The position numbers and the translations under genes were made by a program. From contig CAZYBS010000004.1 in NCBI GenBank assembly GCA_964645245.1, positions 1-56,406 of the forward strand: 56,406 nucleotides of DNA, read 5' to 3'. The notes under the pieces are model-generated. The model saw nothing but the letters and a program-made list of their open reading frames with translations, had not been told where the DNA came from and did no database searches. This document shows positions 17,713 through 27,148 of this stretch, one piece after another (position 1 is the stretch's first letter; the number at the start of each line of letters is the position of its first letter). Origin of the DNA: an uncultured Candidatus Saccharibacteria bacterium (GTDB lineage: Bacteria > Patescibacteriota > Minisyncoccia > Phycocordibacterales > UBA9973).

Positions 17713-18249
17713 ATGAAACAACTTGATCCGAAAGCGGTTTGGTTATTTTTTATAAATTCAGTTCTGTCTTGGTCCTTTCTAGTAGCTTGTATGGGTACTT
17801 TAGCTTTTGTATTTTTCGGGAGATTATTAGATAAAGCAAATATAGGCTTTGAAGAAAACGTTGTTTCTTTTGAATTATTTCTAAATTGGTTGTGGATTAT
17901 TTTTCCGGCTTTTTTTGTTCTGTGTTTTGTTTTGGCAAAGCTTACTTATCATTACTACCGATACGAAATGACCGAGCACGTTTTTAAGAAAGAGCATGGC
18001 ATTATTTGGAAGAAGTATGTCTCCATCCCTTACGACCGGATCCAGAATGTAGATATTTACCGGGGAATATTGGCGCGCCTTCTCGGTCTATCCGACATCC
18101 AAATTCAGACAGCCGGAGGCATAACCGCTGGTAGCTACGGAGCGTTTTCTGAAGGAAGGCTAATCGGAGTATCAAAAGAAGAGGCTGAAAGATTAAGAGA
18201 CGAACTAATTCAAAGAGCTCGCAGTTCTCGTACCGGCCAAGGACTTTAA
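17713..18249 (+). CDS. bPH_2 (YdbT-like PH domain) membrane protein
   Basis: YDRIQNVDIYRGILARLLGLSDIQIQTAG motif after two TM helices. Confidence 0.7.
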   Translation: MKQLDPKAVWLFFINSVLSWSFLVACMGTLAFVFFGRLLDKANIGFEENVVSFELFLNWLWIIFPAFFVLCFVLAKLTYHYYRYEMTEHVFKKEHGIIWKKYVSIPYDRIQNVDIYRGILARLLGLSDIQIQTAGGITAGSYGAFSEGRLIGVSKEEAERLRDELIQRARSSRTGQGL

Positions 18250-18258
18250 TTTTTGAAT

Positions 18259-18313
18259 TTGACTATTTGAGAGAATTAGAGTAGAGTTAAAAGAGCCCTG
18301 AAGGGGCTTTTTT
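18259..18313 (+). promoter_or_regulatory. TTGACT-17-TAGAGT promoter whose predicted start abuts a hairpin+T6 just before secE
   Basis: Promoter 18259-18287. Hairpin AGCCC/GGGCT 18294-18308, T-run to 18313. secE ATG at 18319. Confidence 0.45.
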
Positions 18314-18318
18314 AAGAG

Positions 18319-18501
18319 ATGTCAAAAATTACCGAATATTTTAAAGAAACGAAGACAGAACTAAAACATGTAATTTGGCCCAACCGGAGCCAGACTTTTT
18401 ACTACACTCTGATTGTTATAGCTTTGTCTGTTGTCATAGCCTATTATTTAGGTATTTTTGATTTTATTTTTTCCAAGGGTTTAGAAAAGTTATTACAATA
18501 A
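18319..18501 (+). CDS. secE: preprotein translocase subunit SecE
   Basis: ETKTELKHVIWP motif, then a single TM helix. Precedes nusG. Confidence 0.85.
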   Translation: MSKITEYFKETKTELKHVIWPNRSQTFYYTLIVIALSVVIAYYLGIFDFIFSKGLEKLLQ

Positions 18502-18517
18502 GCCCCAAGCCTATACA

Positions 18518-18588
18518 CCTGTCCCGTACTAAATTTTTGATTACGGGGCATAACGATAAAGATTAATAATTAAAATTTTAGTACTGGG
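18518..18588 (+). repeat. 71-nt hairpin element, copy 2, forming the 5' leader of nusG
   Basis: Matches the reverse complement of 14048-14118 at 64/71 positions. Ends exactly at the nusG ATG. Confidence 0.75.
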
Positions 18589-19131
18589 ATGAAACAAGAA
18601 GAACAAGGAGTTAGAAACTGGTATGCCATCCATACTTATGCCGGATATGAAAATGTCGTGTTGCGCAACTTAAAACAGCGCATTGATTCTCTCGGAATGC
18701 ATGAAAAAATTTTCAATGTTATCGTTCCGATTGAAAAGAAAATAAAAATAAAAGCTGGCAAAAGAGTTGAGGTGGAAGAAAAAATTTATCCGGGCTATGT
18801 CTTGGTTGATATGATTGTAACCGATGATTCCTGGTATGTGGTGCGCAATACTCCGCGAGTTACCGGCTTTGTCGGCGCGGGAGTCAACCCGGTGCCCCTC
18901 AAAAAAGAAGAAGTGGACTATCTTTTCAAAAAAATGGATGCCGGCGCGACTAAACACAATATTGACATAGTTATCGGTGAGAGTATTTTGATTATTGATG
19001 GTCCGTTCAAAGACCTGGAAGGGAAAATCAATTCCGTTGACCAGGAACGTGGTAAAGTAAAAGTGCTTGTTTCGATGTTCGGTCGTGAGACTCCGGTAGA
19101 ACTAGACTTCTTGCAAGTGAAAAAGATTTAA
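18589..19131 (+). CDS. nusG: transcription termination/antitermination factor NusG
   Basis: WYAIHTYAGYENVV NGN start and C-terminal KOW (GPFKDLEGKI..KVKVLVSMFGRETPVELDF). Confidence 0.9.
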   Translation: MKQEEQGVRNWYAIHTYAGYENVVLRNLKQRIDSLGMHEKIFNVIVPIEKKIKIKAGKRVEVEEKIYPGYVLVDMIVTDDSWYVVRNTPRVTGFVGAGVNPVPLKKEEVDYLFKKMDAGATKHNIDIVIGESILIIDGPFKDLEGKINSVDQERGKVKVLVSMFGRETPVELDFLQVKKI

Positions 19132-19153
19132 GATAATGTAACATAATAAATAT

Positions 19154-19579
19154 ATGGCAAAAAAAATAGCCAAAAAAATAAAACTCCAGATTCAGGCGGC
19201 CAAAGCTACTCCGGCGCCTCCGCTCGGACCGGCGCTCGGTCAGGCCGGAATCAATATCGGAGACTTTGTGACCAAGTTCAATGCCGCGACACAAAAGATG
19301 GCAGGGGATAAGGTTTCGGTGCTGATTACCGTCTTTGAAGACCGAAGCTATGATTTTATTGTGAAAACTCCTCCCGTTTCCGGCCTTATTTTAAAAGCGG
19401 CCGGGGTGGAAAAAGGTTCTGGTAAAAATGTTGCGACCAAGGCTGGGAAAATTACCAAAAAACAGGCACAAGAAATTGCCGAGAAGAAAATGCCTGACTT
19501 GAATGCCAAAGATATGAAAGGCGCTTTCCGTATCATTGCCGGCTCCGCCCGCTCCATGGGCATAGAGGTGAAGGAATAA
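19154..19579 (+). CDS. rplK: 50S ribosomal protein L11
   Basis: [26 protein letters not shown] signature. Confidence 0.95.
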   Translation: MAKKIAKKIKLQIQAAKATPAPPLGPALGQAGINIGDFVTKFNAATQKMAGDKVSVLITVFEDRSYDFIVKTPPVSGLILKAAGVEKGSGKNVATKAGKITKKQAQEIAEKKMPDLNAKDMKGAFRIIAGSARSMGIEVKE

Positions 19580-19588
19580 ATTCTTCTA

Positions 19589-20449
19589 ATGAAAAATAAT
19601 TTAACCAAGCTTCTGTCTCAAAAGAAAAAAACTTTAATCATGGGCATACTCAATGTTACCCCCGATTCTTTTTCTGACGGCGGATTGTATTTCAACAATA
19701 TTGTAAATGCTCTAAAGCAGGCGGGCAGAATGATCAAAGATGGCGCTGACATTATTGACATCGGAGGTGAATCAACTCGGCCTGGCTCTCTGCCGGTTAG
19801 CGTTGACGAGGAAATACGCCGAGTTTTGCCGGTTATTAAAAGGGTACGACAGAAATTGGGGAAAGATGTAATTATTTCGATTGACACTAGTAAAGCCAAG
19901 GTTGCTGAAATGGCTATTAAAGCTGGAGCTAATATGGTGAATAGTTTAGGCGGTTTTACTTCTGGTGTTGAACTTGCCAAAGTCGTTGCCGATAAAAAAG
20001 TTCCGGTGGTGCTTTACCACATCAAAGGCGAGCCGAGAACCATGCAATCTGGTGAAATAAAATATAAAAATGTTATTAAAGAGATAAATACTTTTTTCGA
20101 AAAACAGATGGCTATTGGCAGGAGTTACAGTATTAAAAAAGAGCAATACATTCTTGATCCCGGAATCGGATTTGGTAAGAGAATCGGGCATAACTTGACC
20201 ATCATCAAGGAATTTAAAAAATTCACCAAATGGAAAATGCCTCTGCTTGTTAGTATTTCCCGCAAAAGTCATCTTGGCTTGATATTGCAAAATAAGTTAA
20301 ATTTAAAAAAAATTCCTTCGCCGGAAGAGCGGCTTGAAGCAGGACTAGCCGAAGTGGCCGTGGCTGTTTTGAATGGAGCCAGCATTGTGCGAACGCACGA
20401 TGTACTTCAAACTAAATATTTTCTTACTATCTTAGACGAATTGCGCTAG
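19589..20449 (+). CDS. folP: dihydropteroate synthase
   Basis: GILNVTPDSFSDGG and DIGGESTRPG motifs. Confidence 0.9.
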   Translation: MKNNLTKLLSQKKKTLIMGILNVTPDSFSDGGLYFNNIVNALKQAGRMIKDGADIIDIGGESTRPGSLPVSVDEEIRRVLPVIKRVRQKLGKDVIISIDTSKAKVAEMAIKAGANMVNSLGGFTSGVELAKVVADKKVPVVLYHIKGEPRTMQSGEIKYKNVIKEINTFFEKQMAIGRSYSIKKEQYILDPGIGFGKRIGHNLTIIKEFKKFTKWKMPLLVSISRKSHLGLILQNKLNLKKIPSPEERLEAGLAEVAVAVLNGASIVRTHDVLQTKYFLTILDELR

Positions 20450-20475
20450 TTTTATTTTGATGCTAGTATTTCAGC

Positions 20476-21153
20476 ATGAAACATAAAGCATTCTTTAACC
20501 AGCTTTCAGAAGTTATAGAGAAAAAATCGATTCTTCAGCATCCTTTTTATCAGTGCTGGCAAGCCGGAAAATTGCAAAAGGAGGAACTACAAGATTATAT
20601 GAAGCAGTACTTTCATCTGGAAAATGCCTTTCCCAGATTTATGAGCGGGATTCATGCCAATTGCGAAGATGCTAAAATGCGTCAGGTAATGCTGCAAGAC
20701 CTGATAAGCGAAGAAGGGGAAACTACTAATCATGTAAACCAGCTCCTCACTTTTTCTAAAGCTCTTGGTTTGACGACAGAGGAGGTTTTGAATTCTAAAC
20801 CGAATGCAAACACCAGCCAGGCTATTGAAACTTTTTTGGCCTTGTCGCAGGACAAAAATACAAACAGGGGACTAGCCGCTTTGGCCACTTACAAAGAGCA
20901 AATTGCCAAAGTTGCCCTGACCAAAGAGCACGGCCTTAAAAAATATTACGGCATAGAAGAGGACGAGGCTCTGCAATTTTTCCGAACGCATGCTAAAAGA
21001 AATGTTGCTTGGCATGAACTGCTAGACCAAAATATATCCGAGAAAGAATATCCTCTGGCCCTAAATGCTGGGAGCTCTCTATGCGATGCTTGGTGGTACT
21101 ATTTGGACGGGGTGACGACAGAGTCCATGACCGAGCGCATAGCAGCGTGTTAA
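20476..21153 (+). CDS. CADD/PqqC-like heme-oxygenase-fold protein (candidate non-canonical pABA synthase)
   Basis: HPFY..W..G.L.KEELQ.Y.KQYFH...AFP......IH..CED pattern parallels Chlamydia CADD (CT610). Adjacent to folP. Confidence 0.7.
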   Translation: MKHKAFFNQLSEVIEKKSILQHPFYQCWQAGKLQKEELQDYMKQYFHLENAFPRFMSGIHANCEDAKMRQVMLQDLISEEGETTNHVNQLLTFSKALGLTTEEVLNSKPNANTSQAIETFLALSQDKNTNRGLAALATYKEQIAKVALTKEHGLKKYYGIEEDEALQFFRTHAKRNVAWHELLDQNISEKEYPLALNAGSSLCDAWWYYLDGVTTESMTERIAAC

Positions 21154-21157
21154 AATA

Positions 21158-21877
21158 ATGCGAATTAAAGCGATTAAGACCAGAATATTCCGCGAGAATG
21201 AAGATTTGCTCCATTTTATTTTTAAGTATGTCAAAAAAATTCCAGAGAATTCGGTACTAGTAATAACTTCCAAAATTTTGGCGTTATCCGAAGGTAGAAC
21301 TCTAAAAATTAAGGGCGAAAAGGAGAAAATTAAAGTGATAAAACGGGAAAGCGACTTTGCTCTGAAGACCAAATACGTCTGGCTCACCATAAAAGACGGA
21401 ATGGCCATGGCCTCCTCTGGGATTGACGAGTCAAACGCGGACGGCAAAATAATTTTGTTACCCGGGGACAGTTTTAAGTCCGCCTCCCTTGTCCGCGGAG
21501 CTCTTCGTAAGAAGTTTAAAATAAGAAATTTAGGCGTTTTGATTACCGACAGCCGGCTTTTCCCCCTTAGAGCCGGCATAGTGGGGGTGGCGCTCGGATA
21601 TGCCGGATTTGCCGGGATAAAAAGCTATATCGGGGAAAAAGATATATTCGGCCGAAAGTTGAAAATGTCTAAAACGGACATCGCGGATTCTCTGGCCACT
21701 TCGGCGGTGCTTTGTATGGGTGAAGGCAAAGAAAAGCAACCGCTGGCTTTAATAATCAGCGCTCCAGTTAAATTTGTGGAAAAAGTAAACAAAAAAGAGC
21801 TCTACATTGATCCACGTGAAGATCTTTATCAGCCTCTTTTTGAAAAAATTAGAAAAATAAAATTCAAGAGCAGATAA
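21158..21877 (+). CDS. CofE-family gamma-glutamyl ligase (FolC2-like candidate folylpolyglutamate synthase)
   Basis: VITSKILALSEGR, SGIDESNA, LITDSRLFPLRAGIVGVALGYAG, DIADSLATSAVLCMGEG CofE signatures. Confidence 0.7.
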   Translation: MRIKAIKTRIFRENEDLLHFIFKYVKKIPENSVLVITSKILALSEGRTLKIKGEKEKIKVIKRESDFALKTKYVWLTIKDGMAMASSGIDESNADGKIILLPGDSFKSASLVRGALRKKFKIRNLGVLITDSRLFPLRAGIVGVALGYAGFAGIKSYIGEKDIFGRKLKMSKTDIADSLATSAVLCMGEGKEKQPLALIISAPVKFVEKVNKKELYIDPREDLYQPLFEKIRKIKFKSR

Positions 21878-21926
21878 CTATTATAACATCATTGGTATTT
21901 TTACTCTTTTAGAGTATATTAAAGAT

Positions 21927-22256
21927 ATGGCTAACCTGAGAAAATTGCAAAAAGAGGTGATGCGCAATAAACTGAAGAAAGGATTTAATACGACTGATAT
22001 TGCGTTGGAGTTTTGTCATGCCCACGAAGAACTCTCAGAAGCATTTCATAAGCATAATAAACGTGGGGAAGGTGTTGCTGAAGAACTTGCCGATGTGGCT
22101 ATATTTTTACTTGGAATGTCAGAAATTTTGGGTTTTGATTTGGAAAAAGAATTGATTGCGAAAATAGAAAAAAATAAAAAACGCCAATACAAAAAAGAGA
22201 AGTCTCCGGATGGCAAAGATGTTTTTATCAGGATAAGAACTTCAGAAGACCCTTAG
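21927..22256 (+). CDS. MazG-like nucleotide pyrophosphohydrolase
   Basis: EELSEAF....EELADVAIFLLGMSE..DLEKELIAKIEKNKKR pattern. Confidence 0.7.
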   Translation: MANLRKLQKEVMRNKLKKGFNTTDIALEFCHAHEELSEAFHKHNKRGEGVAEELADVAIFLLGMSEILGFDLEKELIAKIEKNKKRQYKKEKSPDGKDVFIRIRTSEDP

Positions 22257-22738
22257 AATTTTTCGTAATTTGTAAAAGTATAAGAGAAAATATTTTTTTC
22301 ATCTTTCCCGTGTTCTTCTCTGAATACTTCTTTCCAAGTTGAATCTATAACTGGGAAAAACACATCAGCATCTTTGTCTTCGGCTTTTATGTGGGTGATG
22401 TAAAGTTTGTCGGCAACAGATATACTCTGCTTGTATATTTCCGCTCCGCCTATTATAAAAATTTCCTCGGCAGTATTTTTAAATAATTTCAATGCTCCAT
22501 CTATAGAGTGAACGATTTCCACTCCCTCTTTTTGATAATTTACATCTCGTGTAATTACTATATTTCTTCTATTTGGCAACGGTTTTCCCAGGGATTCAAA
22601 AGTCTTGCGTCCCATAATGACCGCATGCCCGGAGGTAGTTTCCCTGAAGTGCTTCATGTCTTCAGGCATATGCCAAAGGAGAGTGTTGCCTTTTCCCAAT
22701 TCGTTATTTTTGCCGATTGCCGCAATAAGTGAAATCAT
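22253..22738 (-). CDS. folA: dihydrofolate reductase
   Basis: ISLIAAIGKNNELG..LLWHMPEDMKHFRETTSGHAVIMGRKTFES. Confidence 0.9.
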   Translation of the reverse strand: MISLIAAIGKNNELGKGNTLLWHMPEDMKHFRETTSGHAVIMGRKTFESLGKPLPNRRNIVITRDVNYQKEGVEIVHSIDGALKLFKNTAEEIFIIGGAEIYKQSISVADKLYITHIKAEDKDADVFFPVIDSTWKEVFREEHGKDEKNIFSYTFTNYEKF

Positions 22739-23571
22739 TATAGAGCAATTTCCAGCCCTCTAATTGGAGGCAATGGATTATATTGTATTTGTAAGTCCGC
22801 CAAAATTTCCCCAACCAAAGCTTCATCTTTTTTCTCGGCGCGAAGCAAAGAGTCTTTAGGTAGATGCAATTCTATTTTCTGATGATTATTTGTCCTAGAA
22901 ATTATTTCTTTTGCGCCGTCGTAGTGGTTATCATAAATGTGGGCATTAGATATTGAGTGTGTGTAGATTCCGGGGCGGACGCCGAGCCGCTGCGCAATCA
23001 TACATTGCAAAAGTGCGAAACCGAAAGTGTCAAAAGGACAACCGAGCATCATGTCGTTTGACCTTACTATGTTGTGCATATGAAGCCTACCGCCAATTAT
23101 GTTTATTGTATAAGCAAAAGGGCAGGGAATATTTTTTTTGGGTGTTCCGCCATGGCCGTCATCACTCGGATCCCACGTTATAATCACACCATGGCGCGAA
23201 CTCGGCTCCTTTTCCAAAAGTTCAATTGCATTTCCAAGCTGGTTTCGTCCGAAGTGATTACGCCAGCGCCAGCCGTAGGAAAATGGCAGTGTCCCATCGC
23301 TCTCCATGAACGGGTCCCACATTTTCGTAAATTTCCGCAGGAAAGTCGTATCTTTTTCCCCCTGTATAAACCACACCTGTTCCGCGATGGGGGATTTGAG
23401 CGGCTGTTTGCGGAGTGTTAGTACAGGGAAGCCATCTTTTTCTATATCAATTTGGAAAGTGATCCCGGGCAAAGCTTTTGTTTTATGACCTGTTCTCTCG
23501 TTGAGCTCTTCTATTCCTTCAGACATTATTTTCTTTATAATGTTTTGGTAGATTGTGTCAAAAGTAGTCAT
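22738..23571 (-). CDS. thyA: thymidylate synthase (ThyA)
   Basis: PCPFAYTINIIGGRLHMHNIVRSNDMMLGCPFD core with catalytic Cys. Confidence 0.9.
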   Translation of the reverse strand: MTTFDTIYQNIIKKIMSEGIEELNERTGHKTKALPGITFQIDIEKDGFPVLTLRKQPLKSPIAEQVWFIQGEKDTTFLRKFTKMWDPFMESDGTLPFSYGWRWRNHFGRNQLGNAIELLEKEPSSRHGVIITWDPSDDGHGGTPKKNIPCPFAYTINIIGGRLHMHNIVRSNDMMLGCPFDTFGFALLQCMIAQRLGVRPGIYTHSISNAHIYDNHYDGAKEIISRTNNHQKIELHLPKDSLLRAEKKDEALVGEILADLQIQYNPLPPIRGLEIAL

Positions 23572-23596
23572 ATAGTAGAGTATACAATATAAACTT

Positions 23597-24085
23597 ATGG
23601 AAACAAGAAATATAAAATATCCTTATCTACCAGAAGACAGAGTTATTTTTTATGTTCCAGAGGATAATAAATATATGTCTTTTGCTAAAGAAGTCGCGCT
23701 CAAAGAATCTACCGACAAAAAGATTTCAACTGGAGTTGTAATTGTAGATGGACAGGGTGAGATTTTAATAAAAACCGCAAACCAATCCGCGCTCAAAAAT
23801 CAATATCTTTTAGATACCCATAAAAACTGGTGCATCAGAAAACTTTTTAAAATTCCTTCGGGGCAAAAATATTGGCTGTGCCCCGGATGCGCTTCGCACA
23901 GAAATCATGGGGAATATAGAGCAATAAAAATGCTGGAAAAGAACTTCCCAAACAAAATCGGTTCAAATTTGGATTTATATTTATGGGGACATTGGTGGTG
24001 TTGCAAGCCTTGCTGGGATAAAATGATAAAAGCTGGAATCAAGAATGTATATCTTCTGCAGGGGATAGATAAACTTTTTAAATAA
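23597..24085 (+). CDS. dCMP/cytidine deaminase-like zinc protein
   Basis: HGEYRAI (HxE) and CCKPC (PCxxC-like) zinc ligand motifs. Next to thyA. Confidence 0.5.
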   Translation: METRNIKYPYLPEDRVIFYVPEDNKYMSFAKEVALKESTDKKISTGVVIVDGQGEILIKTANQSALKNQYLLDTHKNWCIRKLFKIPSGQKYWLCPGCASHRNHGEYRAIKMLEKNFPNKIGSNLDLYLWGHWWCCKPCWDKMIKAGIKNVYLLQGIDKLFK

Positions 24086-24086
24086 T

Positions 24087-24518
24087 ATGAAAAAGAAACT
24101 TTACATCGTCTGTGCCTTGACCAATCTTTCTGACCAGGACGGAAAGAGTTTTTTGGCAACAATATCAAATATAAAACAGATGCTCCGGGGTACTTTTGAA
24201 ATTTTAGAATTCATAGGCGTGGATGATTTGAAAAGCGCCAATCCTATTTCTCCACAAGAAATTTACGAACATTCGATTAAAAAATCAGTAGCCGAAGCAG
24301 ATTACATGCTCGCAATCTGCGATTATCCCTCGATCGGGCTGGGTTATGAAATAGCCGTTGCTGTTGAAAAACGTGGCATTCCAGTATTGGCTGTAGCCAA
24401 GAAAGATTCCCAGGTTACACGCTTAATTCGCGGAATTGACCATAAGAATTTTCATTTTATGTATTATGATTCTGCTGAAGATATTATTGAAAAAATCTTC
24501 AAAACATTGACAAAATAG
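24087..24518 (+). CDS. nucleoside 2-deoxyribosyltransferase-like protein
   Basis: Rossmann-like KLYIVCAL.. start and PSIGLGYEIAVAVEKGIPVL pattern. Confidence 0.45.
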   Translation: MKKKLYIVCALTNLSDQDGKSFLATISNIKQMLRGTFEILEFIGVDDLKSANPISPQEIYEHSIKKSVAEADYMLAICDYPSIGLGYEIAVAVEKRGIPVLAVAKKDSQVTRLIRGIDHKNFHFMYYDSAEDIIEKIFKTLTK

Positions 24519-24582
24519 GGGTAAAATGCTACTCTCTTAACATCATTCTCATCTATTTATTACATATTGGGAGTGACCCATT

Positions 24583-25824
24583 GTGTACACACAACATCCA
24601 TCAAGAGGACCAAAGAAGTTTGGCCGTTCTGCATCGTCTTTTAGAGCCAAACCCGGTTTCCGGGCTGGACGTTTTTCTCGTCCCAAGAATAAGAAAAGAT
24701 TCAGAGGCGAGCGGATAGATTTTTCGCGTTTCATAAAAAAAGGACAACACGTGGAAGAAAAACCGTATGTTTCAAAACATACCTTCGCAGATTTTCCTTT
24801 CAATCCGCAGCTGCACAAAAATATAGCTCGTGCCGGGTTTATCCACCCTCGGCCTATTCAAGACCAGGCGATACTGACAGTGCTCAAGGGCTCGGATGTT
24901 TTCGGTATGGCTAATACCGGTACCGGCAAGACTGCAGCTTTTCTCTTGCCTTTGATAGAAAAAATTTCCAAGACTAGAGGCAAAAACATGAGAGAAAAAG
25001 TGCTGATTATGGCGCCGACCCGCGAACTTGCGCTTCAAATAGAGGAGGACTTTAAAATTCTTGCTTTCGGCTTCGAAATGTTTTCGGTTGCTTGCGTGGG
25101 GGGACTTCCGATAATGAAACAAATCAGGGAAATAAAAATGGGAGTGTCTTTTGTGATTGGTACACCAGGGCGACTGCGTGACTTAATAGAGAAAAAAATT
25201 CTAGATTTATCAATTTGCCATAGCGTGGTCTTAGACGAGGCTGATAGAATGCTGGATATGGGTTTTCGGGACGATATGGTGTATATCATCGGCAAAACTG
25301 CGAAAGAGAAGCAGACGCTCTTCTTTTCCGCGACGCTTTCTCCGGAAATTAAAAAATTAACGCAGCTGTATCTAAAAGACCCCGTTTTTATTTCCGTAAT
25401 TTCCGGCGAGACATTAAAAAATATTGACCAAGACGTTATTCGTACCAGAAGCAAAGAAGAGAAATTGAAAAAATTGCACGAAGTTTTAAAAAAAGACGGC
25501 TCGGATAAAGTACTCATTTTCCGGGAGATGAAACACAGCGTGGATACTCTAGCAAAAGAGCTTACACACTTTGGATTTAAAGTAGGTGGAATTCATGGTA
25601 ATAAAAGAAGCCGTGAGCGTATCCGCATATTGGATTCGTTTAAAAAAGACAAAATTAATATTTTAATTGCCACCGACGTGGCCGCGCGCGGGCTTGATAT
25701 CCCGGATGTAACCCATGTCATCAACTACGACGTGCCGCAAACCTACAACACATACATCCACCGCATCGGCCGAACCGGCCGTTCCGGCAAAAAAGGTACC
25801 GCATTAACCTTTGTGCCGGCGTAA
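24583..25824 (+). CDS. DEAD-box ATP-dependent RNA helicase
   Basis: TGTGKTAAF, PTRELA, VLDEADRMLDMGF, SAT, HRIGRTGR motifs. GTG start; basic N-terminal tail. Confidence 0.9.
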   Translation: MYTQHPSRGPKKFGRSASSFRAKPGFRAGRFSRPKNKKRFRGERIDFSRFIKKGQHVEEKPYVSKHTFADFPFNPQLHKNIARAGFIHPRPIQDQAILTVLKGSDVFGMANTGTGKTAAFLLPLIEKISKTRGKNMREKVLIMAPTRELALQIEEDFKILAFGFEMFSVACVGGLPIMKQIREIKMGVSFVIGTPGRLRDLIEKKILDLSICHSVVLDEADRMLDMGFRDDMVYIIGKTAKEKQTLFFSATLSPEIKKLTQLYLKDPVFISVISGETLKNIDQDVIRTRSKEEKLKKLHEVLKKDGSDKVLIFREMKHSVDTLAKELTHFGFKVGGIHGNKRSRERIRILDSFKKDKINILIATDVAARGLDIPDVTHVINYDVPQTYNTYIHRIGRTGRSGKKGTALTFVPA

Positions 25825-25902
25825 AGTTGATTAGTATAGTCTAATTTTATTCCAAACTGCCAGTAACTTTGAGTTAGGTTTAGAGTCTGATAAACTTTAA
25901 AT

Positions 25903-26991
25903 ATGTCATCTTTAAAACAGGTAGACAAAATTAAATTAGAAAAACTTTTTGGAATGAACACAGGATATGTTTGTGATTTTTGGGATTCGACATTTGGTGA
26001 GTTTGTTAAGGAAAACACAGGAATTGATGTATATACTGAGGAGTATGCGCGAGGTGGTACCTCTAAGGCAAATAGATTGAGGACTTTCTGGAAAAAAGAA
26101 TCAGATGAGTTAACAGCAAAGTTAGTAGGAGCGTTATTAGAATATTGGAGAACACTTCAACTTGTTTCAGGTCAAGATATGCAACTTTCTGACCATCATT
26201 TATATCTTGAGGGTCTCAAAATAATTAAGAACCTTGAGTCTGGTGGCGCCACTAGTAACAATAAAATTACAACTGGAATAGTTGATGAACCAAATGCTAA
26301 GCAAGTGTTTAATGTTCAAGGCTCACAACTTCATTTTGGGAAGGGTGACAATATTGAACAAAACAAAAACATAAACCCAAAAACGAACTTCTTTCATAAA
26401 TACTGGCGGGAGTTTTTTCTCACTGTAATTGCTGGGGTTACTATTTTTATAATTACAGAAGGCAAAATTCCACAGATTTTTAATAAAAATAATGGTTTAA
26501 ATAGTGAAATTCAAAATACTCAAAATATTTTAAAAGGAAGTAACTTAATAAAAGACAATCTACGTTCCTTAGAACCACTCGAAACAGGTAAAAATATAAG
26601 TAAGCTTCCTGATAATACATATTTTTATGCGCTCTCCACTTCTATTGTCTATGAAATAGAAAATACAAAAGAAGACTTTCTGCAAGCAACAAATGACTAT
26701 TTCAATAATTATTCTTTTGAAATTCAAAAAATATCCAACCGTTATTATTTGGTTGGTTCTATATCTGATGAAGCCTACTCAAATATAGGCTCTGTAAGTA
26801 CAAATAATCCCTTATATACAATATTATTTCCAAAATCTTGGGGGGGAGCCACTCATTACATAGCGATACCTTTTGATAAAATTTATACTATTAAAAGTAG
26901 AACTATCAACTTAGATGAAAATACAAAAATGGATGTTTTTGACATTGGTTTTAAGGAAGTGAAAGATTATCCAGACACTCATATAAAATAA
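25903..26991 (+). CDS. orphan protein with central TM helix (362 aa)
   Basis: ORF track. Soluble N-terminal domain, TM at FFLTVIAGVTIFIITEG, Asn/Ile-rich C-terminal domain. Very AT-rich; no motif recognised. Confidence 0.5.
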   Translation: MSSLKQVDKIKLEKLFGMNTGYVCDFWDSTFGEFVKENTGIDVYTEEYARGGTSKANRLRTFWKKESDELTAKLVGALLEYWRTLQLVSGQDMQLSDHHLYLEGLKIIKNLESGGATSNNKITTGIVDEPNAKQVFNVQGSQLHFGKGDNIEQNKNINPKTNFFHKYWREFFLTVIAGVTIFIITEGKIPQIFNKNNGLNSEIQNTQNILKGSNLIKDNLRSLEPLETGKNISKLPDNTYFYALSTSIVYEIENTKEDFLQATNDYFNNYSFEIQKISNRYYLVGSISDEAYSNIGSVSTNNPLYTILFPKSWGGATHYIAIPFDKIYTIKSRTINLDENTKMDVFDIGFKEVKDYPDTHIK

Positions 26992-27025
26992 TTGGTTCTC
27001 ACGTCGTACCAGTTGGCCAGCAATT

Positions 27026-27115
27026 TTATTTTATTAACCCTGCCTTAAGGAGAGTGGCGTAAACGCCTCTTTTTTTCATGGTGCGCATGCCTTGGACGGA
27101 GACTTCTATATTGAT
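27026..27115 (-). pseudogene. duplicated 3' fragment of rpmB (last 29 codons)
   Basis: Minus strand reads INIEVSVQGMRTMKKRGVYATLLKAGLIK*, compared with the intact L28 C-terminus INIEVSVQGLRTMKKRGAYATLLKAGLIKA*. Confidence 0.7.
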
Positions 27116-27148
27116 TGACTTGAATACAATTTTTGATATACTTCAAAT

